Below, piece by piece: positions 1-12,700 of a stretch of DNA of 64,000 bases; the first letter of the stretch is position 1; the number at the start of each line of letters is the position of its first letter. The notes beneath the pieces are model-generated. The model was not told the DNA's origin. It was given only the letters and a program-made list of their open reading frames with translations, and ran no database searches. Source of the DNA: Azolla caroliniana (Eukaryota; Plantae; Polypodiophyta); NCBI GenBank assembly GCA_043228905.1, contig JBHGNT010000015.1, positions 18,476,001 through 18,540,000 on the forward strand. The letters run 5' to 3'. The position numbers were made by a program, and so were the translations under genes.

Positions 1-660
1 ACCACTCGACGCAGCGGTTATCAGCTGCCAAAATCGAGGCCTCCAAAATCGCGAAATTTGCTTTATCCCTCGATGGCCCGACTGCTCGATGGTACTCCCG
101 CCTCGACATGGGGGAGGTCACAACGTTCCAGGACGTCCGGACAAAGTTCCTAGAATTATTTCACTGCCAAGTTCCGAAGCGGGAACTACTCCGACAATTC
201 TTTTCCATGAGCCAAAAACCTCACGAGACGGTCACCCAGTTCACGATTCGGTTTCAGGATCTCTACTGACAACTGGTCGACGATGTCTCTACTCATCACA
301 TTCTGGATACCTTCTTGTCCAGCCTACGGGAGCCTCTACGGACGACTCTCGCAGTTACAAATTTCTCCAACTAGACTATCGAGCAAGTCATCGCATGCGT
401 CCTCGCCATCGATCGGACATAGCATAACACGGTTTTCTCCATGTGCTCTTTGCAAAGCTCCCTTCCTTAGGAGGACAATCGTTTCCAACAAGCCCTCCAA
501 TGCACGGCCTGCTCAGGCTCAGGCCATCTGGCTCTTGAGTGCCCTCACCGGCCACAATGCCCAATATGTTAGTCTCGAGCTCACACGATCGAACAATGTG
601 AGTACAACATGCTCCACCGCACAATGACGGCTCCGGTTCACCAGATCGAGCTGCACAATA
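1..660 (+). pseudogene. Degraded Ty3/Gypsy gag fragment
   Basis: Broken frames give FTIRFQDLY..HILDTFLSSLREPLRTTL and a zinc-knuckle-like CTACSGSGHLALECP. Joins the RT of the next element abruptly at about 665. Confidence 0.5.
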
Positions 661-664
661 CATA

Positions 665-3600
665 CTCCCGGCAGGATTTGTTGGTGCACCCATCTTCTTT
701 GTCAAGAAGAAAGATGGATCTCTACGACTGGTCGTGGACTATCGAGGTTTAAACAAAATCACAGTTCGAAATAGATATGCTCTACCCTTGATATCGAGTT
801 TACTAGAGCATCTTAGTAAGGCTAAAGTTTTCACGAAGCTAGAACTTCGTGGTGCATATAACCTTGTTCGGATATGTCTAGGAGATGAATGGAAGACAAC
901 ATTTTGTACTCGATACAGACATTTCGAGTACACAGTTATGCCTTTTATTCTCACGAATGTGCCTGCGGTTTTCAACACATGGCGAATGATATTTTACACA
1001 ACTTTTTGGATTCATTCACCATATTATATCTTGATGATATCTTGATCTACTCGAAAACTCAAGAAGAGCATGACATAAACGTTTGCCAAGTCTTCCAACG
1101 CTTACAAGAATATGGGCTCTATGCCAACCACCTCGTTCAATACGTGATGTTCAATGTTTCTTAGGATTTGCGAATTTTATCAAGAATTATTCGAACATTG
1201 TGATGCCTCTCATAGAGCTTACACGAAAGAACAAGTCATGCACATGGATTTCTAGTGCAGCGAAAGCGTTTGAAAGCCTAAGGGAGCATTCACTTCTGCT
1301 CCAATTCTACTTCATGCTGACCTAGAAAAACCGTTTATCATCGAGGCAGATGCGCCTAATTTTGCACTAGGAAGTATCTTGTCACAGACAGGAGATTATG
1401 GGAAGCTACATCCAATTGCTTTCCATTCACGCAAATTGGAAACCGCAAAAATCGATTATGAGATTCACGACAAAGAGCTTCTAGCCATTATAGACTCGTT
1501 TGAACAGTGAAGACATCTCTTAGAAGGTTCTCCCCATCAAATCATTGTTTACAATGATCATAAAAACCTCACAAACTTTCAAAGTGCTAGAGTCTTGAGT
1601 CACCGCCAAGCTCGTTGGGCATAGTTTCTAACACATTTTGACTTTCTTATCACATATCTCCCAAGAGTACAACAAGAAAAGGCAGATGCTCTCTCACGAC
1701 GATCTTATTTCACGCCACAACCAAGAGAGCCCACATTTGATCATAAAAAACAAGTCGTCTTGGGGCCTAATCGGTTACAACTATTAACTGTTAATGCCTC
1801 TCAAGCATTTGAAGATTCAAGTCTTCTTGATTCAATTCGAACAGATATCATTTCTGATTAATTTTCTCAAGATATATTGAATTATATAATTTTAGATCGC
1901 GTTTCTTCTTCAAGATCCAAGAATCCTCGTAAAGATTATAACCAGTTTAAATGGGATAATGGTTTACTTTTTTGTAACACTTTTTTGTATGTCCCAAATG
2001 GTTTGTCTCTACTTCAAGTAATGCGATATTGTCATGACAACCCAATGGCCAGGCACGTTGGAATCCACAAAACCTTGGAGCTAGTTTCTCGAAACTATTG
2101 GTGGCCTCATCTTCGAGAGTTTGTTAAAGATTATGTTCGTAGTTGTGATGTGTGTTGTCGGTCAAAGATTCCACGACATCAACCATATGGGTTATTACAA
2201 CCATTGTCAGTTCCTATTAGTCCATGGAAATCCGTCTCGATGGATTTTATTACAGATCTTCCAATTTCGAAGAGTTTCTATGCTATTGTCATTGTAGTAG
2301 ATCGATTCACAAAGATGGTGAATTTTCTTCCATGCACGAAAATCATCAACAGTAAAGAAACTATAGACATCGTTATGAAAGAAGTATTTCGACTTCACGG
2401 TCTTCCAAATAACATCATTAGTGATCGTGGTCCACAATTCATCTCAAAATTCTGGAAACACTTTCTTGAGATGCTCAAAATCTCTTGTAAACTTTCGTCA
2501 AGCTATCATCCACAAAATGACGGTCAAACCGAGCGAACGAATCAAACACTAGAGCAATATCGTCAGTGTTTCATCAATTACCAACAAGATGATTGGGTGG
2601 ATTTTTTGCACTTTGCAAATTTTGCATACAATAATTCAGTTCATTCCTCAACAAGATTTACTCCATTTTTTGCAAACATAGGATATCGTCCTCATTGGAG
2701 AATGATGGCACATCTAGAAATCTCGAAAAATCATGTTGTTGAAGATCGTCTACGTCAACTCCAAGACTTTCATGTTGCACTTTCTCAACATTTGCAGATT
2801 GCTCAAGCCACAGATCGTCACCGTCTGGACTCTTCACCAAAGGAACTGAAGTTTCGAATTAGGGATCATGTATGATTACTACGACGTAATGTGAAGACTA
2901 CCAGACCATGTGACAAGTTGGATTATCAACGACTTGGTCCATTTATTATCTCCAATTAGATTAATGATGTTGCATTCCGCCTTGATCTACCTCCACAGAT
3001 GCATCTACATCTGGTATTTCATGTCTCATTGTTGGAACCTTACATTGGTAGTTCCATTCCAAATGGGGTTGTTTTACCCCCACCTCCAATTCAACTTGTT
3101 GATGGCCCATAATTTGAAGTCAAAACTATTTTGGACTCCAAGATAGTACGTAAAAAGCTTTATTATCTCGTGGATTGGTTAGGGTATACACCAAATGATC
3201 GTACTTGGGAGCTAGCTGAAAACCTTGATAATGCCTCCAACTTGGTGGCTAAATTTCATCGCCAATATTCAAATAAGTCAAGTCCAAATTCATGCATTAC
3301 GACTCGTGGAACTCGTCGTCAAAGGAGGGGGATGGTGTCATGTGTATAAAAAACCCAATCAGCTTTATGGTGATTTGAACCCATGACCTCCTCAAAGGAA
3401 GCATACAACCCCAACCATTAGGATACATCATATTGTATATGTTAAGTTATAAATTTTATTATATCAATAGGAAATATATAATAATATTATTGAAATGTCG
3501 CCACCTTGCATAGGCTAACACATGATTGCCAAGTGGCATGCTTGCATGAATGCCAAGTTGCGATCATGCATGCCTATGAGGTGGTGAGGATGCATGTATT

Positions 3601-3798
3601 CAAACCATGCTATATAAACATGTATTTGAGTATTGATGAACCACTCTGGTTCAACGCCGGTCTTTGGCATATTCTTGTAAACCTTGCTCTCATTGTTAAT
3701 ACATTATCAAATTCTTCTTATCTCTCTCATTTCTCTCATATCTTTCACTTCTCATTCTCTTTTTCATTTAAAAACTCGTTCCTAGCTTGGCCCTAACA
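665..3798 (+). mobile_element. 5'-truncated degenerate Ty3/Gypsy chromovirus (Tcn1-like): RT-RNase H-integrase-chromodomain plus 3' LTR
   Basis: RT ([18 protein letters not shown]), RNase H, integrase HHCC and core (ORF 1877-2875), chromodomain (YLVDWLGY..TWE, 3131-3349), PPT AAAGGAGGGGGA at 3321-3332. Many stops and frameshifts. Confidence 0.9.
3336..3798 (+). repeat. 3' LTR of the Tcn1-like element
   Basis: Starts TGTCA just after the PPT, ends CCCTAACA, TATA-like TATATAAA near 3611. Confidence 0.75.
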
Positions 3799-3969
3799 CT
3801 TGGTTGGTGTTGAAACTAGCTTGCATTTGCCAGAATTGATTCATTAGCTCGTCAAGTCGTCGGTTTAGTTGCTCGGGGAAACTTCCATCTTTTCTTGAAT
3901 GATCTACATCCTGCATCTTGGTATACTAGCTTGGTTAGTTAAAGTAGAATTAAATATGTTTGGAAAAAC

Positions 3970-4521
3970 CTATCCTCCATGTACAATAGAGGATTGATGT
4001 GGAGCGTTTAGAATCGACACCACATTCGCACTAGCTATCGCCATCGTTGTGTTGACTCCCATTCGCATCACTTTTAGTTGTCTATTGTAACTTTGATACA
4101 CTTGTAGAAGAGTTTGAAAATTGGTAGGGTCCTTCAAATTCGCCTTGAAGCGATCCCTCTTGAACCACTCATCCTCTATGCCTCCTCGTAGACAGATCCA
4201 TGTTGACCAAAGCTCTTTCAATACCCTCTAGTACTCCGAATAATCCATTGTTGTTGACATACACAACGCAAAGAGTTCCTCTCGAACGTTCATCGCATTA
4301 CGACGTCGGATGAACCTGCTTTGAAATTGTTGAACGAGCAATTGGTAGTTGGTTTGTTTGTTGGGAGGTAGTGACTCATACCACTCTCGAGCTCTTGAGT
4401 AGAAAATTGTCATCAACAAGGGAAGCTTGTCTATGGGTGACCAGACGAAGCGATCAATCTTTCTTCTTAACAAAAAATATGGGTGCGTCGGCAGGAGATC
4501 TTGAATGCTAGATAAACCCAT
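3970..4521 (-). pseudogene. Degraded retrotransposon gag fragment
   Basis: AREWYESLP..YQLLVQQFQSRF is a Retrotrans_gag-like motif; frames broken. Confidence 0.55.
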
Positions 4522-4599
4522 TTGCCAAGTTCACATTGATATATTCCCGATGAACCTCTAGCTTCGTGGGCGAAAGATTATAAATTGGCCCCCATGGAG

Positions 4600-6567
4600 G
4601 CTCTTTTCTGGGTTGCAAATCAATCGGGCAATCATATGGTCGATGCTCTGGTAGTCAGTCTATTGGCCTTCACCTTATCGAACACATCGGAGAATTATGT
4701 ATATTTCTTCGGTAGTTGGACCCCCAATTCTTGTGAGCTCGATGTTGGAGTTGCTAAAATTGCGAACACAAACATGTCTTCCTTCCGTCCTTCCTCACAC
4801 AACTGATGTACAAAATTGTTGAAATCTTTTGGAATCTCATTTCCTTTGTTGGAGTTTTAAGAGACTCAAATTGTATTGTGACCTCTTCAATGCTTCTTTT
4901 TCTCCAATCAATAGTTGGGTTACGTAGCTCAAACCATGGAAGACCAAGAACGAGGGAGTGCTCTGGACAACTAATGATGTTGAACGAGATGACACCAGCC
5001 AAATTGCCTAGGACTACACGAATTGGTGCAGACTCTTCAACTATATCACCTGATGTTATGGGGCGTCCAACAATGACTTTGACAGATGCTAGGCTTGGGA
5101 GCTTATGCAACTAAATATTATGCATTATAGCGAACTCACGATCCATGAAACAAGAGATGGCTCCAGATTCTAAGAGGGCAGAAGCTGGGACTTGATGGCA
5201 CCTAGATGTGTTAAGCTCAACTTGTGCAGAGAAAACTCGACTAACTTGACTGAATGAAATGGAACTACGACTAGGGATAGGCGCTATATGCCTAGGGCTG
5301 TCCAACCAAATGGCTCCGATTTTGGCCGGACTTACTCGTTTAACACATCGTCTAATTGGCTCAAGACATAAAATGTGTTTTTATGACAAGGGCTACTAGG
5401 CCTACTTGGGTTACGAGAAAGCGAGGCAAAAATTGAAATGGGGTTGTCATGGGTACTTACTTCGTTAACTTTTCATCATGGTTTATGTGGACAATTCACA
5501 ACAATATGTCCTGGACCACCATAATAGAGGCATAAACGATTCGCTCGACGTTGTTTCTTTTCAGCATCTGATAATGGTCCTCAACGTCATGTTGTCTCGA
5601 TTTCCATTAGAGTAGGGCCTTCCATCAAACTTGGCTTTGACACTTGGGATGGAGTTGCAACCACTGAAGCATATGTTTCTACTGGTCGGAAGCGTAACAT
5701 TTGTTGGCGTTTAGAATGCCGCTCAAATAAGCGATTGTCCCATCGCATGGTCTGATTTATTGCTTCAGTAAGAGATTTTGGATCATCATGGACACATCGT
5801 TGCGCAGACCTTGACGAAATTGATCCATTAACGCCACCTCGTCCCATGGAATATCATATGCCATGAGGCAAAAATCTGCAGCATAAGCGGAAGTAGCACA
5901 ATCTCGTTGTCACAATCGTCGAATTTTGTTTATTGATGTCCTCATACTATCAGTGTTCCAAAGTTGGCTTGGAATTCTTTTATAAAACCTTAAGAATCTT
6001 CTAACAAATTATGGTGACTGCTTCTCTAGGAGTGGTGCAAACCATGCTAACGCGGTACCCGTTAGCAAAGTACCAACTAGTCCCATGCGAGCAACGTCAA
6101 CCAGGTGACGGCTAGGATGCAATTTAATCCCAAGTTGTACCTGATTTAAAAATCCATGGAATTGAGACCTTGTACCATCAAACTTGGCTAGAAGACTAAT
6201 CTTTGGTTCTTTCGGTGAGGTTTGAACTTCCGCCGCTTGTCGTTGCAATAGAGTAGTCTCCAATTGATGCACCCGTTGAGATAATTCTTCATATTGTTGT
6301 ATTTTCTCAACACTTACTTGTTGTAGGTCTCCCAACCATCTTTGATTTTCTTGCTCCAATGCCACGAATTTGGTTATTAGCATGTCGAGCTCAGAGAGAA
6401 CGCGCATATATTCTTGGTTGCTGACGAACTCCATAGATACAAGAGAAAATTCCTAGATTTGCTTGAATAAGTTTAAGAGAAGAAGTTGGAGAAGAAAAAA
6501 GATCCAGTTGAAATTGCCGTGACTTGAGAGTAGGAGAGAGAAAGGTAAAAAGATGATGACAGAAGGT

Positions 6568-6600
<33 letters not shown>

Positions 6601-6884
6601 ATAGGAAATGGAAAAGAGTTTATATTATAAGAGAACAAAGGTTACAAAGAGTAGGCTAAGGGGCTAAAGACTGGAGTTGAACCGAATGAGTTGTAATGAA
6701 TGAATAGACATCTATTTATAGGTCGTTATGGAGTATTCCAGAATGTTCTAGAATATTTTAGATATTTATGATATTTAATATAATCATGGAATATTCTAGA
6801 ATGTTCTAGAATACTCTAAATATCTTGTAATAACTAATAATATAGTAACTATTATGACCATACATCATATATGTTATTATAACG
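4600..6884 (-). mobile_element. Degenerate Tcn1-like Gypsy 5' half: partial LTR, gag, aspartic protease, start of pol
   Basis: Gag PKEPKISL..KFDGTRSQFHGFLNQ (6009-6434), ARRANRLCLYYGGPGH knuckle remnant, protease ALLESGA...LVLGLPW. LTR-like region at about 6516-6884 with TATAAATA on the minus strand (about 6713-6720). Confidence 0.8.
6735..6812. promoter_or_regulatory. Two heat-shock element (nGAAn) arrays in LTR U3
   Basis: TTCcaGAAtgTTCtaGAA (6736-6753, 4 units) and GAAtaTTCtaGAAtgTTCtaGAA (6789-6811, 5 units), just upstream of the LTR TATA box. Confidence 0.7.
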
Positions 6885-6885
6885 G

Positions 6886-7570
6886 TTAAAGGTCTAACAC
6901 ATAGACCAAAACATTGCCGCCATCAATACTGAGATTCCCGTTGAGAACTCGTTGTTGCACTCTATGTAATCTCATGCTACTAACACATAGCAAAATCTTG
7001 ATTGCAACTCTATAACATTGTAGTCCATAGAAGATATAATACTCAAATGAGATCTTAATGTCTGACAATATGTCCTTCACCAGCTGCATCTTCATTGCAA
7101 GATAAGGCTCTTGCTCATCACCAATGAGTGAGAAATAGTATTGCCTTAATGATCGCAATTTATCCTTTCCAATCGCGGACATGCACCCATGTGTACAATA
7201 ATCTTTGTCGACATCTATTTTGAGTTGGTTCTCAGATGTCACAAGGGCAAACCTATCTCGGCAGTTTCGGTGTGGAACCCACCAAAAATGCATAGGGCTT
7301 GTCGGCTGGATTTCTTTTACACTTACATTTAGTGCCTCATTTCAATCATGACCATTGGTCTGACCACTACCCGTACAACTTGTAGCAGCTTCAATGTCAT
7401 TCCCTTCATTCTTCATCGTAGTGGTACTCATCGACGAAGAACTCGTGAGAGAGCCCATTACTTTGTGGAGATGGAGAAGAGGGGGCACCAAAGTAATATT
7501 TATCCACAGAAAATGGTGAACCTATCGACATAGGATATTCATCGACGGAAAATATTGAGTTCTGGCTCAT
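6886..7570 (-). pseudogene. Possible Sola-like DNA transposase N-terminal remnant
   Basis: Pattern C..GC...R..YFSL...EQ..YL...YYI...CYRVAIKILLCVSSMRLHRV resembles the Cys-containing N-terminal region of Sola-type transposases. No catalytic domain in the window. Confidence 0.4.
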
Positions 7571-7697
7571 TTTCTCAAGTTTAATAGATCCTAAAAAGAT
7601 GTTTGACAAAAGCTCAATTGAGGTGCTCTTGATCAATATAACAAAGCAGACAACAAATGAAAGTGTATACATATTTTTATAACAATATATATAAATA

Positions 7698-7728
<31 letters not shown>

Positions 7729-7779
7729 ATATATATATATATAATTGTTTTTTACAATAGTTGGTTATATAAGTATCAT

Positions 7780-8300
7780 TAGTTAGTTATAGTTAAAATA
7801 TTAATAAATTTACTTCTAATTAGTCAATTGTCAATGTTAGTTATAGGGTTAGTTATGGTCAACAACTAGTTATAATTAGTTGTACTAGGTAAAGTTAGTT
7901 ATATGGTTAGTTGTAGTTACTAGTTAGTTATAGTTAGTAGTTAGTTATAGTTAGTTATAGTTACTAGTTAGTTATAATTAGTTTACTAGGTAAAGTTAGT
8001 TATATGGTTAGTTGTAGTTACTAGTTAGTTATAGTTAGTAGTTAGTTATAGTTACTAGTTAGTTATAATTAGTTTACTTGGTAAAGTTAGTTATATGGTT
8101 AGTTGTAGTTACTAGTTAGTTATAGTTACTAGTTAGTTATAATTAGTTTACTAGGTAAAGTTAGTTATATGGTTAGTTGTAGTTACTAGTTAGTTATAGT
8201 TAGTAGTTAGTTATAATTAGTTTACTAGGTAAAGTTAGTTGTAGTTAGTAGTTAGTTATAGTTAGTAGTTAGTTATAGTTAGTTTGTATCGAGTTAGTTG
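7780..8300. repeat. AT-rich GTTA/AGTT minisatellite with a higher-order unit
   Basis: Block TACTAGGTAAAGTTAGTTATATGGTTAGTTGTAGTTACTAGTTAGTTATA recurs about 5 times. Confidence 0.9.
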
Positions 8301-8589
8301 TAATCGTAGTTAATATTAACTAACCCTACCTATTCCCTATAAAAAGGGACACCTCCTCATTTTCACCCCACACAAAGCACAAGAATGCAGAGGCACACGA
8401 GCACAGACACACACACGATCCCACACACACACACGAGCATATGCAGACACAGAAGATCCCGCATGCACACAATCCCACGATCCGACACACGCCTACTTAC
8501 CATGTCGAGCAAGAAGACTACGAGGTCGGAGTCGACGTATGTTAACCCTAACCCTAATTGTACGGAATTTTACATTTAGATAGTGTTTT

Positions 8590-8816
8590 CTAATAATTAT
8601 ATCGATATTGTGTATCGAGTTTCTGTTGGGATGTGCACAACTCGATACAATGTATCGAGTTTGTGGAAAACCGAGTAGAAACTCAATACACTGTATCGAG
8701 TTTGGGCCTAAACTCACTACATTGTATCGAGTTGAGCCACTTTCCCTCTCAATTTGATGCAATGTATCTAGTTGAGGCACATGAGACTGCAACTCGATAC
8801 AATGTATCGAGTTGGC
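8590..8816. repeat. Cluster of palindromic AACTCGATACA-A-TGTATCGAGTT repeats (subterminal-repeat-like)
   Basis: About 6 direct/inverted copies of TGTATCGAGTT, including full palindromes near 8639 and 8791. Confidence 0.8.
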
Positions 8817-9737
8817 CACCCCCACCGATCTTCAACTTCCATAGCGTCACATCGGTGAAGCGGTGCCCTATGTCGGTTGGATCTCGTAAACGCGGGTCGG
8901 TCGCAACCCTTTTCATACATTCCCAGTTGTCCTTCGGTAAGGATGTCGCGACCGGCCTCACCGTTTGGTCCATAGTCTTGTACTTAGTGACAACTTGAGC
9001 AGTCCGATCCATCCCAATCATTTGTCTGAACTCCGTGATGGGCTCGTACATTTCGACTAAATTGACTGGAATCGTTCGTTCTTCACTCAGATCTCCCGAG
9101 ACCACCTCCTTGATCTTTCTGAGAGTGTCGTCGAATGAGACTGCCTCCACGGCCCACTGATCTCGTCGTTGGGGCCCAAGGCTCCGCATGCCTTCAAGCG
9201 CCCTTCAACCTGTCTTTTCTCCTGGCCACTAATGTTGGTTACGGTACTACCTCCGTGTACAAGTGTGGGGTTTCTGGTGTCTATCCGGACTATCACTATT
9301 AGAGATCTAGGTACTAAAGTAAGCTTAAGATAAGGATAAAGTAAGGATAGATAGAAAGGAGAAAGAGAAAGAAGGGTGCCGATCCACCCGACCACCCCTG
9401 AGCAAAGGGATCGAGACGGACTCGAGCCTCGATCGGCGTCCCATACCACCGTCGTGGCGTCGAGTCGTACATGGTGCTGGCGCGCTCGCTACAAGAGTTG
9501 ACCCACCACAAGAGCAGAGTCTCGATGTAGTCAAAAGATGATCAAATGAGGGTAGCTAGGCCTCTTATTTATAGCGATACCCAAGGCCCCCATGCAAGTT
9601 CACACTTGACCTAATGGGTTGTCTCAATCCCGAGGATTAAAAGTAATCCTCCCCTTCTTTACACTCTCGTTTAACCCTCACACTTATCCACGTGTATAGA
9701 ATACTACGGTAAATTCTCACCACGGGATATTAAATGG

Positions 9738-12700
9738 TCATGCCCGTAACATACTCCCCCTCTTTAAAACATTGCACTCTTGCAATGGAAAGTTAGGGAA
9801 ATTAGTTCTAAGAGTATTTTCGCATTCCCATGTGGCATCTTTTATTGATTTATCCATCCATTTTATTTTAAATTCTCGGATTTCCTTAGTACGTAAATTT
9901 TTTGTTTTAACATCGAGAATTTTTTCTGGTACATGTGGTTTAGAAGATAATTCTTCAAAAGTAACCAGAGTTTTAGTTGTAACTGGATTGTTGCCAGAAC
10001 CTAGAAGTTCTTTTAGACGACTCACATGGAATACTGAATGAATTCCAACACCATCGGGAAGAGCAAGACGATAGGCTGATGACCCAATGTGTTTGAGGAC
10101 TGTAAAAGGTCCACAAAACCATGGGGCTAACTTAGTGCACTTACTCGTAGACAATGTCTTAGAATTGTGAGGTACACATAAAAATACCTTCTGTCCAAGG
10201 TTGAATACACGAGGTTGCCTATGATGATCGGCATAAAAACGCGCTCTATCTTGAGCTGTTTTTATATTATCTCGTGCAATATGCAACATATCTTGCATAT
10301 CCCGAAGAAATTTTTGCGTACTTCGCAACTCATCATGATGTATATTAACATCAATCGGGGCTCGTGGCTGAAAACCATACATCAACATAAAAGGACAATA
10401 TCCCGTCGACGTATGCTTGGAGCTGTTATAAGCAAACTCCAAAATTGGGAGATAACGTTCCCATTTGTTGGTTTTGCACCAATGTATGCTCGAAGCATGT
10501 CCTCAATAATTTGATTTACTCGTTCTGTTTGTCCATCGGATTGAGGATGATCCGTGGAGCTCATGCTCAACATAGTTTCTAACTTCTTAAAGACTTGCGT
10601 CTAGAAGTCACTAGTAAACTTTGGATCTCGATCACTCACGATATCCATCGGTAACCCATAAAAACGAAATAATTCGTCAACGAATTGGTAAGCCAATTCA
10701 GGAGCTGTTACCGTGGTTTTAGTAGCAATAAATCTGGCCATTTTAGTTAGTCGATCAACGACAACCTAGATGGCATCCTGACCTTTTTGGGTGCGAGGAA
10801 GGCTAACAATAAAATCCATGGATATACTTTCCCACTTATTATTGGGAATGTCCAAGGGATGTAAAAGTCCTGCGGCTTTAAGTCGCTCGGCTTTGTTAAC
10901 CTGACACTGGTGACATTTAGTCACATAGCTATGTATGTCAGGACGCATCTTAGGCCAATAAAATTGAGTGGAGATGAGAACGAGTGTACGATGTATTCCA
11001 GGGTGCCCTGCTGAGGGTGCATCATGGCATTCAAGAAGAATCCTCTTTTTGACCTCGGGTAAATCTGGAACACAAACCTTCCCATTACGGTAGAGCAAAC
11101 CGTTAGCAATGTGGAAGTATTCCTTTGAGGATGTGATTGTGTCTGTTCCAGACTCAACTCTTGCCCAGTATTTTGCAAAATAACTGTCATCAGGATACTT
11201 TCCTCGAAGGTGATCATAAAGATTTGATGTTATTTCAGTGAAGCTAAGCATGTTAACTTCACGGATGCGACTTAGTGCATAAGCGATAGTGTTCATGGAA
11301 CCTTTACGATATCGTATGGAAAAATCAAAGTCCTGGATGAGATCAGCCCATCATGCCTTACGACCTTTCAGGTCTTGTTGGTCACAAAAATATTTCAAGG
11401 ACTCGTGGTCCGTAGTTACCACAAAGCGATTTCCATAAAGATAATGGCGCCATGTTTTGAGCGCATGTATAACTGCAATTAATTCCTTTTCTTGAACGGT
11501 ATACTGACATTGAGCAGAATCAAGTTTCTTACTCTCGAATGCTATTGGTTTACCATCTTGATACAAGACAGCACCTATAACATAATCGCTTGCATCGGTT
11601 TCAACCTCAAAAGGTTTTGAAGGATCAGGTAAAAGAAGTGAAGGAGCCTTGCAAACCAGGTCCTTGAGTTCCTTAAAGGCAAAGCCTAGTGTAGCATTCC
11701 ACACAATAGGTTTTGTAGACTTTCGCGTTTGACCTTTTAAAAGATCAGTAAACGGCGTCGTCAATTGGGAGTAATTACGAAGAGACTTTCGCAAAAACCC
11801 GACAAAACCAAGGAATAATCGAACTTCTCGAATATTCCGAAGAGTGGGCCAAAGCTTGATTTTCTCAATGCGAGAAGGATCAATTTCAACTCCTCGTTCG
11901 GTTATGAGATGTCCTAGATAAGTAATTGATTTCTTGAAGAACTCACATTTTGAGATCTTCGCATAAAACTGTTTTTCACGCAATGTTTGTAAAACAAAGC
12001 AGACATGTCTAGCATGTTCTTGTAATGTACAGCTATAAACTAAAATATCATCCAAGAAAATAACAACAAATTTTCCAAGTTGTTCTCGGAAAATGTCATT
12101 CATTTCTTGTTGAAATGTAGCCGGAGCATTGGTCAAACCAAAAGGCATAACCAAAAACTCGTAATGGCCATAGCGCGTACGAAATGCCGTTTTAGGAACA
12201 TCGTCCTCACTTATTCGTATTTGATGGTAAACCCATTCGTAAATAGTCCTTGAGTTGCTTAGATACCTCATCTTCTTCGGATCGACTTAAGCGATACAGA
12301 GGTATACTTATTGGTGCAACACCAGGTACAATATCTATACGATGGTTTGTATTTCGTTTAGGAGGTAACCCATCAGGTAGTTCACTTGGAAAAACATCAT
12401 GAAAATCATTTAAGATTTCATCAAGTTGTTGTTCAAAATATGTTAATTGAACCAAGACATTATCGATATTATAAAAGTGAATGTCCGGATCAAGTACACA
12501 ATAAAATAGAGTAGAACAAGACAACTCAGATATTGATGGACACGAGGAAACAATCGAGAGGGATTGTTTTTTTACACATTGAATAAAATGCGTACAATCG
12601 TTCAGTACAAAAGAAATGGAATGACGAACCCAATCAATAAATAAAGAAGAGTTTTTATTGTAAAACCAGGGATAACCCAGTATTACAGGTGGTACAAAGA

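Noticed and set aside
3368-3430. Functional tRNA gene (also 14405 and 58048)
   Set aside because: No convincing acceptor or anticodon stems; only A/B-box-like motifs remain.
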